DNA of 64,000 bases, taken from assembly GCA_963664325.2 (NCBI GenBank), contig CAXXDQ010000004.1:320001-384000 (forward strand). Direction: 5' to 3'. This DNA comes from Desulfomonilia bacterium. Its GTDB lineage: Bacteria > Desulfobacterota > Desulfomonilia > UBA1062. A model generated the notes under the pieces. That model was not told the DNA's origin. It saw only the letters and a program-made list of their open reading frames with translations, and made no database searches. Made by a program: the position numbers and the translations under genes. The number at the start of each line of letters is the position of its first letter. The stretch's first letter is position 1. Below are positions 19,796 to 29,965 of this stretch, one piece after another.

Positions 19796-21328
19796 TCAAT
19801 CCCACGTCATTTCATATAAAGCCGAGGCCAGCCTGCCGATGTCCTTTCCCATTTCCCTGTCTGTTGCCGCATCTTGAACGACATCTCGAACCAAGGATAC
19901 GATTTTCTTGATTTCGGGTCTCAATTCAAGCCCTCCCCTTATCTCGCAGGCCTGCACAGCCGCCATAAGATGGACCGCAACCATGCTTGATACCAGCTCG
20001 CACTGCCTCAGCGCATCCCGGGCCGCAATCGTCCCAAGGCTGACCTTGTCCTGGTTGTGCGATTCGGTCGAGCGGGAAAAAGACGCCACGGGCATGGTGT
20101 TTTTGAGCGCCTCGGCGGCCAGGGCCGAGGCCGTTATCTGCATGCCCTTGAATCCATGGTGCTTGATGTACTGATTCCCTTTTACCTTGACAAGGTTAGA
20201 AGGCAGGCCGCGGTTGAAACGCGTATCGACAAGCAGCGCCATCTGGCGGTCGAGGAGGTCGGCCATCTGCGCAAGGGCGCTTTTCAGGCTATCCATTGCA
20301 AAGGCTATGTGGCCTCCATAAAAATTTCCTCCCATTAAAACGGCTCCGGTCTCAGAATCGAACAGGGGGTTGTCATTTGAGCTGTTGATTTCCGTAACCA
20401 CCCATTTTTCCACCCAGCAAACGGCATCTGCGACAACGCCCAGTATCTGAGGTACGCATCTTATCGAATAGGGGTCCTGCAGGTGGTCGTTATGCCCTGA
20501 CTCCCCGGGGTTTCCCCCTGATTCAAGCAGCTTCCTTAATTTTCTCCCTGTCATTATCTGGCCGGGATGCGCTTTGGAATCGGTTATAACTTCGTGGAAG
20601 TGGTCTGCGTGCCCCTTCAACGCATGCACGGTAAGGGCGGTTGCCGCTATTGCGGCTTCAAGTATCTTTTTTGAACGGTACAGCGCCACAGCGGCGATGC
20701 CGGTCATGACCGAGGTCCCGTTCAAGATGCCGAGCGGTTCCTTGGGTTTGAAGGTGTACGGCTTAAGACCTGCCGTAGCGAGGGCCCTGGCAGACTCCAT
20801 GATTTCCCCTTTGTAGACGACCTCCCTCTTTCCGGCCAGGCAGGCCGCCAGATATGAAAGCGGAGTGAGGTCACCGGATGCGCCTACCGAGCCCAGTGAC
20901 GGGATAACAGGGGTAATACCTGCGTTTAAAAAAGCTGCAATCTGACTGAGCAGCTCGACCGTGACACCGGACAGCCCCCTTGAAAGCGAGATTATCCTGC
21001 ACATCATAGCAGCGCGCGTCTCTTTTACACCCAGGGGTTCCCCGGTGCCGCATCCGTGATATGTAATGAGGTTATTGCCAAGGCTTTCAATATCTTCAGG
21101 GCCTATCCTGTTTCCGCATGAGGCGCCGTAACCAGTGGTCACACCATATACAGGGGTTCCCTGAGATATAGCCATGTTAAGGACTTTCCTGCTTGCCTCC
21201 ATTCTTGAAACAAACTCATCAGATTTGCTTATAAAGACCTTTGCCCGTGCATCGGCAATATCGATAAGTCTGACAAGGCTAATGCTTTTATCTCCGATGA
21301 TAACATCCGATTTCTTGTGGGCGTTCAT
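19796..21328 (-). CDS. MIO-dependent aromatic amino acid ammonia-lyase (HAL/PAL/TAL family)
   Basis: VYGVTTGYG, GSVGASGDL (Ala-Ser-Gly MIO), LNGT, QDPYSIRC, DNPL, GGNFYG, HNQD. Confidence 0.93.
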   Translation of the reverse strand: MNAHKKSDVIIGDKSISLVRLIDIADARAKVFISKSDEFVSRMEASRKVLNMAISQGTPVYGVTTGYGASCGNRIGPEDIESLGNNLITYHGCGTGEPLGVKETRAAMMCRIISLSRGLSGVTVELLSQIAAFLNAGITPVIPSLGSVGASGDLTPLSYLAACLAGKREVVYKGEIMESARALATAGLKPYTFKPKEPLGILNGTSVMTGIAAVALYRSKKILEAAIAATALTVHALKGHADHFHEVITDSKAHPGQIMTGRKLRKLLESGGNPGESGHNDHLQDPYSIRCVPQILGVVADAVCWVEKWVVTEINSSNDNPLFDSETGAVLMGGNFYGGHIAFAMDSLKSALAQMADLLDRQMALLVDTRFNRGLPSNLVKVKGNQYIKHHGFKGMQITASALAAEALKNTMPVASFSRSTESHNQDKVSLGTIAARDALRQCELVSSMVAVHLMAAVQACEIRGGLELRPEIKKIVSLVRDVVQDAATDREMGKDIGRLASALYEMTWD

Positions 21329-21360
21329 TTGTTAACTGCTATAAGCATTGCCCCTAATTG

Positions 21361-22786
21361 TCAAGAAACGGGTTTGAAGTGCCGGATCAGGCCTTTCTTG
21401 ACAAACATGTTTTTTATTGATTTCCGGGTGAGCGAGACAAAATCTGTAAATGAATATTCGGGAAACTTGATCAGACCTTCGGTCATGGAAATGGTTTTCC
21501 TGTCCTCTTTGTCCCAGAAGGTGATGCTCCTGGGTTTGTAGACCTCGGGCGCCCTGAGCAGGAAATCAACGTCCAGCAGTTCGCCGGGGCAGCATATATC
21601 GACCTTTAACCCTTGAAGAAAAGGCCTCGCAAAGCTTTTCATAAGACTCCGGGGAGTACTCCTTCTTTTTATTGTGCGTTTCGACCCTCAGCACGATTTT
21701 GCCGCCTTCAACGATCAGATAATAGACAGGGCTGTCAAACTGTTTTGAAAAGTCCATGACGGCATCCTCTGCGTTCAGGAAATAGACCTTTTTCTTATCA
21801 GAGCTTATCACCTCATCGGACCTTCCCAGCACCTCGATAACAGGATTCGGGTTGCCGCAGACGCATGTTTTCTCCGATATACGCGCATAGTCGCCCGTGT
21901 TGTATCTGATCATTGGAGCAGCCTGTCTGTAATATGAAGTTATTACAGCCAGGCCGACATCCCCTTTTTGAACCGGCTTTGCTGTTTTATCATCGAGAAT
22001 TTCAACGATATGCGCACCTTCATGAATATGCAGGTTTCCCTTTTCGCAGGTTGATGCAATTCCCCCGCATTCGGTGCTGCCGTAGACCGTCGACATTTTC
22101 GCATCCCATTTTTCCTCGATGTAATTCCTGAGCGAGTCCGGTACTATCCGGCCGGAAGTCAGGATGTGGCCCACGGTTTTAAAATCCCTCCTGATATCGT
22201 AGTTCATATACTTTGCAACCATTTCAAGGATGATCATTTCAGTGGGAAGGCAGCATATCGCCTCAACCTCGAGCCTTTTTATTATGTCCAGGACCCTGGC
22301 ATAAGGCATATTCCAGCTCAAATAACCTACAGGCAGGACTATTCCGCCGTCCTGCCTGCATTTTTCCTCAATCACAAAGGGAGGGATGGCAAAGCTGTAT
22401 GGAAACCTGTTGAGCACCTTCATCCCGGGTTTTATGCACGAGGTCCAGTCGCGGGTGATCTTGACCTCGTTAAGATAGTCTTCACCCGAATACCATGACG
22501 AGATGGGCGCGCCCGTCGTGCCGAATGATTCATGGTAATGCCAGACCCCTGCTTTATCCATAATGAGATTGTCCGCCGGGCGAATGCTTCTCAGTATTTC
22601 TTTTGAAGTGAGCGGAAGACCGATAAAATCATCCCAGGTTAAAAGTTCTTTGTTTTGAAACGAGGATTTATAAAGCGGCGTTTCTTTCAGCCTGTTGAAC
22701 AATGCTTTGATAACATCAAAATCCGGCAGACTGCTGTTTGAGTCGAGCAAAGACTGAGCCAAAGAATCCATGGGGTCTCCAATCAT
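21361..22786 (-). pseudogene. Phenylacetate-CoA ligase (PaaK)-like adenylating enzyme with an apparent +1 frameshift near 21605-21622 (pseudogene or sequence error)
   Basis: ESFGTTG, VYGSTECG, IRYNTGD, GRSDE in 21566..22786. The C-terminus (LKVDICCPGELLD..YKPR) continues in another frame to 21361. Confidence 0.7.
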
Positions 22787-23245
22787 AGAATTTGACGGTT
22801 CAAAATTGTTAACATAATAGACTCATTGACACAAGCCGATCGTACCGAGACATTACTGTTCAAAACATCTGGCCGCAAAATATCGGCCCGATACAGAGAG
22901 TCATACCTTATATTTTAAAAGTCTTTCAGCTCTCAAAATTCGTCCTGATTGCCATCTGTCAAATCTATTCTGAAACTTTTCCCAGATCGAAATTATTTAG
23001 GCTGTTACCTTTTGCCGCTGGTCTCCTGTTGACAGCCACGAGGGTCAATGTTATCCAAACTGCAGAGAAAAATTTACACCCGCCGGACCACTCATTCTGC
23101 GGATCTTAGGATCGACATGAGAGGGTTCGCGCAAGAGAACATCAACAGCCCTTGCAATGCTTGTGACAGGCACGATATGGGCGAGGAAATGCATCCCTGA
23201 GACGTAAAGAGGCATGATGGGAAAATTTAATCATATGAGGAGAGA

Positions 23246-24359
23246 ATGATGAGGTGTATCGCTGTTATTAACCAAAAAGGCGGATGCGGCAAGACAACAA
23301 CGACGATGAATCTCGGGGCCTGTCTGGGATTGCTGCAGAAAAAAACCCTCATCGTTGATCTGGACCCCCAGGCACATGCCACTCTGGGCCTCGGTCACGC
23401 GAGAGACAACGACGCCCCGAGCGTTTCAGACCTCCTGATGGAGGACCCTCCAGGCGCCACTGCGGTCGCAACCGCCATCGCAAAGCTCCCCTACAGGCTG
23501 CACCTGCTCCCGTCCGATATCAGCCTCAGCATGGCCGAGCCGGTCCTGCTCCAGCGTCAGAACCGCGAAACAGCCCTGGCCACCATACTTGCACCTCTTG
23601 CCGACCAGTACGATTTCATCCTCATCGACTGTCCGCCTAACATCGGAATCCTGACCTTCAATGCGATCTTCGCCTGCACCGAGGCGATCATACCGATCGA
23701 GAGCGGGCTGTTCGCATTGCACGGCCTGGCCAGGCTCCTGGAAACAATAGAAATCGTGAGCCGGCAGCGCAACCGGGAAATCCCGGCATACGCCCTGGCT
23801 ACGATGTTCGACCGCAGGACGAGGATCGCTCACGAATCGCTCAAGGAAATCAGGACCCACATGCAGGAACATGCATTCAAAACGATCATCAACTACACTG
23901 TGAAGCTGAAGGAAGCCGCCGGATACGGGCAGAGCATCATCGACTATGACATACTGAGCTCGGGCTTCAATGACTACATAAGCCTGGCGCGCGAGGTCAT
24001 AGCGCTGCGCAAAACCAGACAGGTCAGCGACCAGTTCGATTCGACACTTCCTTCCAAATTTCCCCATGAGGTCAGGCCGGACAGGGGCGCCCATGACATC
24101 GGCAGCCTCACACCGGTGGTTACAGAGGAAGGGGTCCTGTTCCGTTATTATTCCCAGGAGGCCTCCCGGGTCCACGTGGTGGCCGGTTCCAAGGAATGGA
24201 CCATCGGAGATGCGCCCATGGAGAACGTCGACCATGGTATGGAAGAGGCTCGTGCCGCTTGCCAGGGGGAAATATGAATATAAATTCTATGTCGATGATA
24301 AAAAATTGTTGAACCATATGATGAAATGCTCTGAAAACATACTTCCTATTTATATATAG
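23246..24359 (+). CDS. ParA/Soj family ATPase with a frameshifted, truncated C-terminal CBM48 (AMPK-beta-type glycogen-binding) domain
   Basis: NQKGGCGKTT, DLDPQ, IDCPP (ORF 23246..24277). VLFRY..VHVVAG..W..PME in frame, then VWKRLVPLARGKYEYKFYVDD in the +1 frame to 24359. Confidence 0.8.
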
Positions 24360-24444
24360 CTATATTATTTTACTTAATAACCTTCCTGATTAATAAAACT
24401 AATCAGCATTGACATCTTACAACAGTTTATTTTACACCCGACGG

Positions 24445-25155
24445 ATGCGGTTCTCTTTTGTCATTCCAGTTTATAACCATGCCGGTTCACTGGCCTCCGT
24501 GCTTGACGGGTGCATTAAACTCGGCCTGCCCGTCATCGTCGTGGATGACGGATCCACAGACGGCATATCTGAAGTTTTAAGCCGGTATAGTGATATATCT
24601 GTTGTCAGGCATGAAAAGAACCTGGGCAAAGGAGCGGCAATCCGTTCAGGCCTGAAGGCGGCTTTAGGAATTGCCGATTTTGCCGTGACCCTTGACGCCG
24701 ACGGGCAGCATGCGCCAAGTGATGCCGTTAAACTTATTGAATCGATAAAAGCGGGCGTAAGGCCGATGGTCATAGGAGCGAGAAAAAACATGCAGGGTGA
24801 TGCGGCCGTACCCTGGACCAGCAGGTTCGGCCGTAAGTTTTCCAATTTCTGGGTAAGGCTTTCCGGAGGTCCCGTGCTGACGGACACCCAGAGCGGATTC
24901 CGGATTTATCCGGTGAAAGAAATCCTGGGGCTTAAAAGCAGGGCCAAAAGGTTTCAGTTCGAGGTGGAGATCCTTGTGCTGGCCCACTGGCAAAAAATAC
25001 CTGTCTATGAGGTGCCCGTAAGCGTTGTTTATCCCGAGGCAGGGATGAGGATTTCACATTTCAGGCCTTTTGTCGATTTTCTCAGGAACTCTTTAACCTT
25101 CACCCGTTTGATTGCCATGAGGCTTTTAATACCCCATTCCCTCAGAGGAGCCTGA
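24445..25155 (+). CDS. Glycosyltransferase family 2
   Basis: VIPVYNH, VVDDGSTD, NLGKGAA, TLDADGQH, DTQSGFRIY, SHFRP; ATG 24445 preferred over TTG 24409. Confidence 0.92.
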   Translation: MRFSFVIPVYNHAGSLASVLDGCIKLGLPVIVVDDGSTDGISEVLSRYSDISVVRHEKNLGKGAAIRSGLKAALGIADFAVTLDADGQHAPSDAVKLIESIKAGVRPMVIGARKNMQGDAAVPWTSRFGRKFSNFWVRLSGGPVLTDTQSGFRIYPVKEILGLKSRAKRFQFEVEILVLAHWQKIPVYEVPVSVVYPEAGMRISHFRPFVDFLRNSLTFTRLIAMRLLIPHSLRGA

Positions 25156-25162
25156 GACTGTC

Positions 25163-28100
25163 ATGAAATTCCGAGGATACAGCATCAGCCTGAGGCTTCT
25201 GATTTTCGTCCTTGTCTCTCTTTGCCTGATGACCTTCTGGACTCAGGCCCATTTGAAGTTAAGTTCGGACCTCCTTTCATCGGTGCCGGTTAACGACCCG
25301 GTAATATCAGATGCAAAAAAGATATTTGAACGCTACAGGCTGCCTGACAAGGTGGCTGTAGATCTTTCAATCGACGGTGAGGCTGCGCCGGATAAAGACA
25401 TGCTGGCCTCCTCCGCCGGGTATCTCGAAAACGAGATGAAAAAATGCGGCCTGTTTGAAAAAGTCGGTGTGGATCAGCCGGGAAGTGTATTCGCTCAAAT
25501 CATGGACACGATAACGGATAACCTGCCCGGGAGTTTTTCGGCTGGCGACCTCAATAAACGCGTGTCGCCGCTTCTTGATACCGATAAAATCAGGGGCAGC
25601 CTTAAAGATGACATTGAAATGCTCGGTGGCTTCGAGGGTATCGGGCAGGCGGATATGATTTCAAAAGACCCTCTCGGCTTGAGGTTTATTGTCCTGGAAA
25701 GGCTCAGGAATTTTATGGAGGAAAAAGGTTCATCCGTCTACAAAGGCCATATATTCACCTCTGACGGCAGGCATTGCCTTGTTGTTGCGCACACAAAAAG
25801 TAACGGCATGGACACTGAGGGCGCCAGGCAGATTGCTGATGTCTTCAAAAAAGTGTCCGATGAATTCATATACAAGGCGGTCCGGGATAACGCCAGGCCG
25901 GTAAAGCTTAATGCAATAGGGTCGTACCGTGCAGCCCTCGATAACGAAAAAACGGCAAAAAGAGATGTAATATTTGCGGCAATAGCATCGACAATAGGCA
26001 TTGCACTGCTCCTCATAACGTGCTTTCCAAGGCCCTATATAGGTCTGCTCTCCCTTTTGCCCGGTCTTGTCGGCACAACAGTTGCCATGTTTATGTTATC
26101 CATCATAAGGCCTGAAATGTCGCTCCTGGCGCTGGGATTCGGAGGGGCCATCCTGTCATTCACCGTGGACAGCGGAATATCCTTTTTCCTCTTCCTTGAC
26201 CGGACTTCCGAGACAACTGGAAAAGAGACCTCACACGAGATCTACTCCGTGGAACTCATGGCCATGTTTACAACCGCAGGGGCGTTTCTTGCACTCGTTT
26301 TCAGCGGATTCCGGATCATGGCCGATGTCGGCATGTTCGCTGCGCTTGGTGCGATATTCACATTCATATTCGTTCACACGATGCAGCCGAGAATTTTTAT
26401 AAGCATGCCGCCAGCAAAAAGAAATGCCCTGCTCCCGGTCGAGCGGATTGCAGATTTTCTGAGCCTGAAGCCGGGATGGACCGGGTTTCTTCTTGCCTCC
26501 GTCCTGGGGATTGTCATGGCCCTTGCAGCAAGGCCTGTCTTCAATGCCGATCTGAACAGGATGAACGCGGTCGGCCCGGTTACGCTCAAGGCCGAGGAGA
26601 CGTTTAAACAAATATGGGGAGACGTTTTCAGCAGGATATATTTTCTCTCCGAGGCGGGATCTGTTGAAGAGCTCAGAAATATTTCCGACAGGATGTCGGT
26701 TTTTTTCAGGCGGCAGGCTGAAATGAAAACCCTGGCCTCGTCATTCACGCTGTCCGACCTGTTGCCGTCAACGCATCTTTCGGGACAGAACCTTGAAGCG
26801 TGGAAAGGCTTCTGGAACCAGGGCAGGGTGTCGTCTATTAAATCAACGCTGCTCTCGGCATCAAGAGATTATGGTTTCATGAATAATGCCTTCGTTCCTT
26901 TTATCGGTTCAATCGAACATCCACGGATAAAAAATACTGCAATCTCAGGCAATTCATACGAAATCCTGGGGTTCTTCAATGGCAGCAATGATAAAAAACC
27001 CATACTGATAAGTTCAGCCATGCCCGGAGTTTTTTACAAGGCACAGGCGCTTTTCGATGAGTTCCACAAGAACAGGCTAGGCAGTATGCTTGATTATGGT
27101 CTTTTCACCGAAAGGCTGTCCGGCCTGGTACACGGAATTTTCATGAGGACGCTCATCACTGCAGGAAGTGCTCTTGCCATTTTGCTGCTTTTCTATTACC
27201 TCGACTTCACCCTTGTGTTTCTGACCCTTCTGCCCGTGGTCTTTTCCATAATCTGCACCCTCGGGACTTTTACCCTGATCGGCCATCCTATCGATATACC
27301 CGGACTTATGCTGGCGGTGGTGGTCCTGGGCCTGGGAATTGTATTTTCCATATATATAGTAAGGATGCAGCAGCGGTATATCGATGAAAGCCACCCCTCC
27401 ATGAAGACGATCAGGGCCTCGGTCCTCATGGCCGCAACGGCCATCTTTACGGGGTTTTCAGTTCTGGCGGCTGCCAGGCATCCCCTGTTGTCAAGCGCTG
27501 GACTGTCCGCGACACTGGGCATATTATATACCTATGCGGGAACAAGCCTTCTCCTGCCGCCCCTTCTAAGGTATGTGTTCAGAGAACATCCGTTTCCTCA
27601 AGAAAAACTTGTCTTGCCGGGATCGCCTGCACACCGGAAAATGGTAATGTCGCGCTTTAAACACCTTGAAGTCTATGCCCGCATGTTTGCCAGATTCAAG
27701 ATGAAATTCGACCCCATGTTCCCAAAACTGGCCGGGTTCATAAAAGGCAGGGGTACAGTCCTGGATATAGGCTGCGGGTACGGGGTACAGGGCGTATGGC
27801 TTAAGACCCTTCTCCCGGGTACAAGGATATGCGCCCTTGACCCCGACACTGAACGCATCAGGATTGCCCGAAGGGTCCTTGGCAGGGACGACTGTGCTTT
27901 TGTTTCAACAGCCCAGGCATTCAACTCGTATCCGGAAACCATAGATACGGCACTGATGCTGGACATGATACATTATATCCCTGATGATGAACTAAAAAAG
28001 ATATTGAGTGATATAAGATCAAGGCTTGCAGACAGCGGACGGCTTATATTGCGCGTGACGATTCCGTCTGAGAAAAAAGTCCCTTGGGAGAGATGGCTTG

Positions 28101-28276
28101 AAATAATCAGGAACAGGTTAACCAGAAACACAATCTGGCTCCGTTCGAAAGACGGCATCACTTCTCTGCTTAAAGATACCGGCTACAAACTGGTGTTCTG
28201 TGAAGTAACCGCTCCGGGAAGGGAAGAGACCTGGTTTTTATCCGAGCCTGATGAAGGGCGCAGGGTTCTGTCATGA
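25163..28276 (+). CDS. MMPL/RND-type lipid exporter fused to a C-terminal class I SAM-dependent methyltransferase
   Basis: Two blocks of multiple TM helices separated by large loops, DPLGL motif; C-terminal VLDIGCGYG, ALDPD, LDMIHY. Confidence 0.85.
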   Translation: MKFRGYSISLRLLIFVLVSLCLMTFWTQAHLKLSSDLLSSVPVNDPVISDAKKIFERYRLPDKVAVDLSIDGEAAPDKDMLASSAGYLENEMKKCGLFEKVGVDQPGSVFAQIMDTITDNLPGSFSAGDLNKRVSPLLDTDKIRGSLKDDIEMLGGFEGIGQADMISKDPLGLRFIVLERLRNFMEEKGSSVYKGHIFTSDGRHCLVVAHTKSNGMDTEGARQIADVFKKVSDEFIYKAVRDNARPVKLNAIGSYRAALDNEKTAKRDVIFAAIASTIGIALLLITCFPRPYIGLLSLLPGLVGTTVAMFMLSIIRPEMSLLALGFGGAILSFTVDSGISFFLFLDRTSETTGKETSHEIYSVELMAMFTTAGAFLALVFSGFRIMADVGMFAALGAIFTFIFVHTMQPRIFISMPPAKRNALLPVERIADFLSLKPGWTGFLLASVLGIVMALAARPVFNADLNRMNAVGPVTLKAEETFKQIWGDVFSRIYFLSEAGSVEELRNISDRMSVFFRRQAEMKTLASSFTLSDLLPSTHLSGQNLEAWKGFWNQGRVSSIKSTLLSASRDYGFMNNAFVPFIGSIEHPRIKNTAISGNSYEILGFFNGSNDKKPILISSAMPGVFYKAQALFDEFHKNRLGSMLDYGLFTERLSGLVHGIFMRTLITAGSALAILLLFYYLDFTLVFLTLLPVVFSIICTLGTFTLIGHPIDIPGLMLAVVVLGLGIVFSIYIVRMQQRYIDESHPSMKTIRASVLMAATAIFTGFSVLAAARHPLLSSAGLSATLGILYTYAGTSLLLPPLLRYVFREHPFPQEKLVLPGSPAHRKMVMSRFKHLEVYARMFARFKMKFDPMFPKLAGFIKGRGTVLDIGCGYGVQGVWLKTLLPGTRICALDPDTERIRIARRVLGRDDCAFVSTAQAFNSYPETIDTALMLDMIHYIPDDELKKILSDIRSRLADSGRLILRVTIPSEKKVPWERWLEIIRNRLTRNTIWLRSKDGITSLLKDTGYKLVFCEVTAPGREETWFLSEPDEGRRVLS

Positions 28277-29145
28277 TGATGCTTTTTTATAAAGTCATGC
28301 ATGTCCTTGCGGGCTCCAGGGCCGGGATATGCCTTGCCGAGTTTGCCACCTGGTGCATTACTACATGTTATTTCCTCATGCCCAGGCCGCAGGTGGGATG
28401 GAGCATGGACTTTTACAGCTCCCTCTTTCCCGGCAGGTCAAGGCTTTACTACCTTCTGTGCGCATGGCGGCAGTTTCATCATTTTTCAACCGTGTTTACA
28501 GACAGGCTGATCGTGGAATCCTCGGGAGAAATATCATGCGAGAGCATCGGCTGGGAGCATATATACAATGCACATGCAAGCGGCAGGCATGGTATTCTTC
28601 TCATGTCGCATGTAGGCAACTGGGAGCTTGCAGCGAGGAAGCTAAGTGCTTTCGGGATAAAGGTGGCCCTGTTCGTGGGCTCGAAACAGGCACAGAAGAT
28701 CGAAGCGCAGATGAAAAGGGAAATAGCCGGCAAGGGGATAAAAATCCTGGCCATCGACGAGAACGAGAATGCTGCACTTAATGTCTTTGAAGTGCTTCAT
28801 TACCTCAAGAATGAAGGCTTTGTGTCAATGACAGGGGACCGGGTCTGGAGCGACAAACAGAAATCAATAGAGCTTGAATTTCTTAACCGGTCGGTGAGGC
28901 TGCCGTATTCCCCGTTTGCACTTGCATACGCACTCAGGGTTCCCCTCTTCGTTTTCTTCATAATCAGGACAGGCCGCGCAAAATACCGGATTGAATACAA
29001 CCCGCCGATCAGTCTTGAAACGGAAGACCGCTCTGAAAGGGAAAAGGTTATACATGAGGCGGCTAAAAAATATCTCGGCTTGTATGAAAGCGTAATACGC
29101 AGGCACCCGGATCACTGGTACTGTTTCGAGCCGTTCCTCTTTTAA
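28273..29145 (+). CDS. LpxL/HtrB-like acyltransferase
   Basis: SHVGNWE, MTGDR, HPDHWY motifs. Confidence 0.85.
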   Translation: MMMLFYKVMHVLAGSRAGICLAEFATWCITTCYFLMPRPQVGWSMDFYSSLFPGRSRLYYLLCAWRQFHHFSTVFTDRLIVESSGEISCESIGWEHIYNAHASGRHGILLMSHVGNWELAARKLSAFGIKVALFVGSKQAQKIEAQMKREIAGKGIKILAIDENENAALNVFEVLHYLKNEGFVSMTGDRVWSDKQKSIELEFLNRSVRLPYSPFALAYALRVPLFVFFIIRTGRAKYRIEYNPPISLETEDRSEREKVIHEAAKKYLGLYESVIRRHPDHWYCFEPFLF

Positions 29146-29155
29146 AAGGCGGAAA

Positions 29156-29965
29156 ATGTTAAGCAGCAGCCATCCCAGGATTTTTTATATAGGTATCACT
29201 GCAATGGTTATTGCTATCATGTTATTTCCGATAAGGCCGGTTTATGCACTGCTCCCGCTGTCAGTATTTGTCCTTCTTTCAATAGCGGCTCCGTTTTTTC
29301 CAGGTGCCCAGATGTTTCTTCCTTCTATCATGCGGGGTGTATCAGGTTCACAGGGTGTTGCCCTGACCTTTGACGACGGTCCGGACCCCTTCAGCACCCC
29401 TCTTCTTATCGAACACCTGAAAAGGCACGGCATCCATGCACATTTTTTCATTATCGGTCAAAAAGCTTCAGCACATCCTGAACTTATAAGGCTTATCCTG
29501 GATAACGGCCATACGCTCGGCAACCACACCATGCATCATGATGTGTTCATAATGCTGAAGCCTGCAGCAAGGCTTGATCAGGAAATCACGCTTTGCCAGG
29601 AGCTCATGAAGGGTTTCGGCATAAAGGCATATACATTCAGACCCCCTGCCTCAATTGTTAATCCAAGGCTGGGGCCGGTACTTTCAAGGCTTGGTCTTCT
29701 GTGTGTGATATTCAACAGGCGCGGAAGAGATTTCGGCAACCGCTGCCTGGACAATATAAGCAGGAATGTCATAAATGGCATTAAAGCGGGTGACATTATC
29801 ATGCTTCATGACAGGGCCCCGGCACAGGATGTTCCTGTTTCAAAGCTGATCGGACAGGTGGAAGAAACAGTTACCGGCATCAGGAAAAAGGGCCTTGATT
29901 TTTTACCCCTTGAGAAGCTTATAGGCAGGAAAGTGATGGAGGATTTATGGCAGAAAGAGAAATAG
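29156..29965 (+). CDS. Membrane-anchored polysaccharide deacetylase (CE4/NodB)
   Basis: LTFDDGP, GNHTMHH, FRPP, IIMLHD; N-terminal hydrophobic helices. Confidence 0.9.
   Translation: MLSSSHPRIFYIGITAMVIAIMLFPIRPVYALLPLSVFVLLSIAAPFFPGAQMFLPSIMRGVSGSQGVALTFDDGPDPFSTPLLIEHLKRHGIHAHFFIIGQKASAHPELIRLILDNGHTLGNHTMHHDVFIMLKPAARLDQEITLCQELMKGFGIKAYTFRPPASIVNPRLGPVLSRLGLLCVIFNRRGRDFGNRCLDNISRNVINGIKAGDIIMLHDRAPAQDVPVSKLIGQVEETVTGIRKKGLDFLPLEKLIGRKVMEDLWQKEK

Noticed and set aside
19796-21328. hutH / histidine utilisation operon
   Set aside because: No hutU/I/G nearby, non-HAL specificity residues, embedded in a lipid cluster
22790-23245. Possible ncRNA/riboswitch in the ~450-bp intergenic region
   Set aside because: No recognisable conserved motif or strong structure by eye; needs an Rfam scan
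23246-24277. Plasmid or prophage partition system
   Set aside because: No parB, rep, integrase or phage genes; surrounding genes are chromosomal
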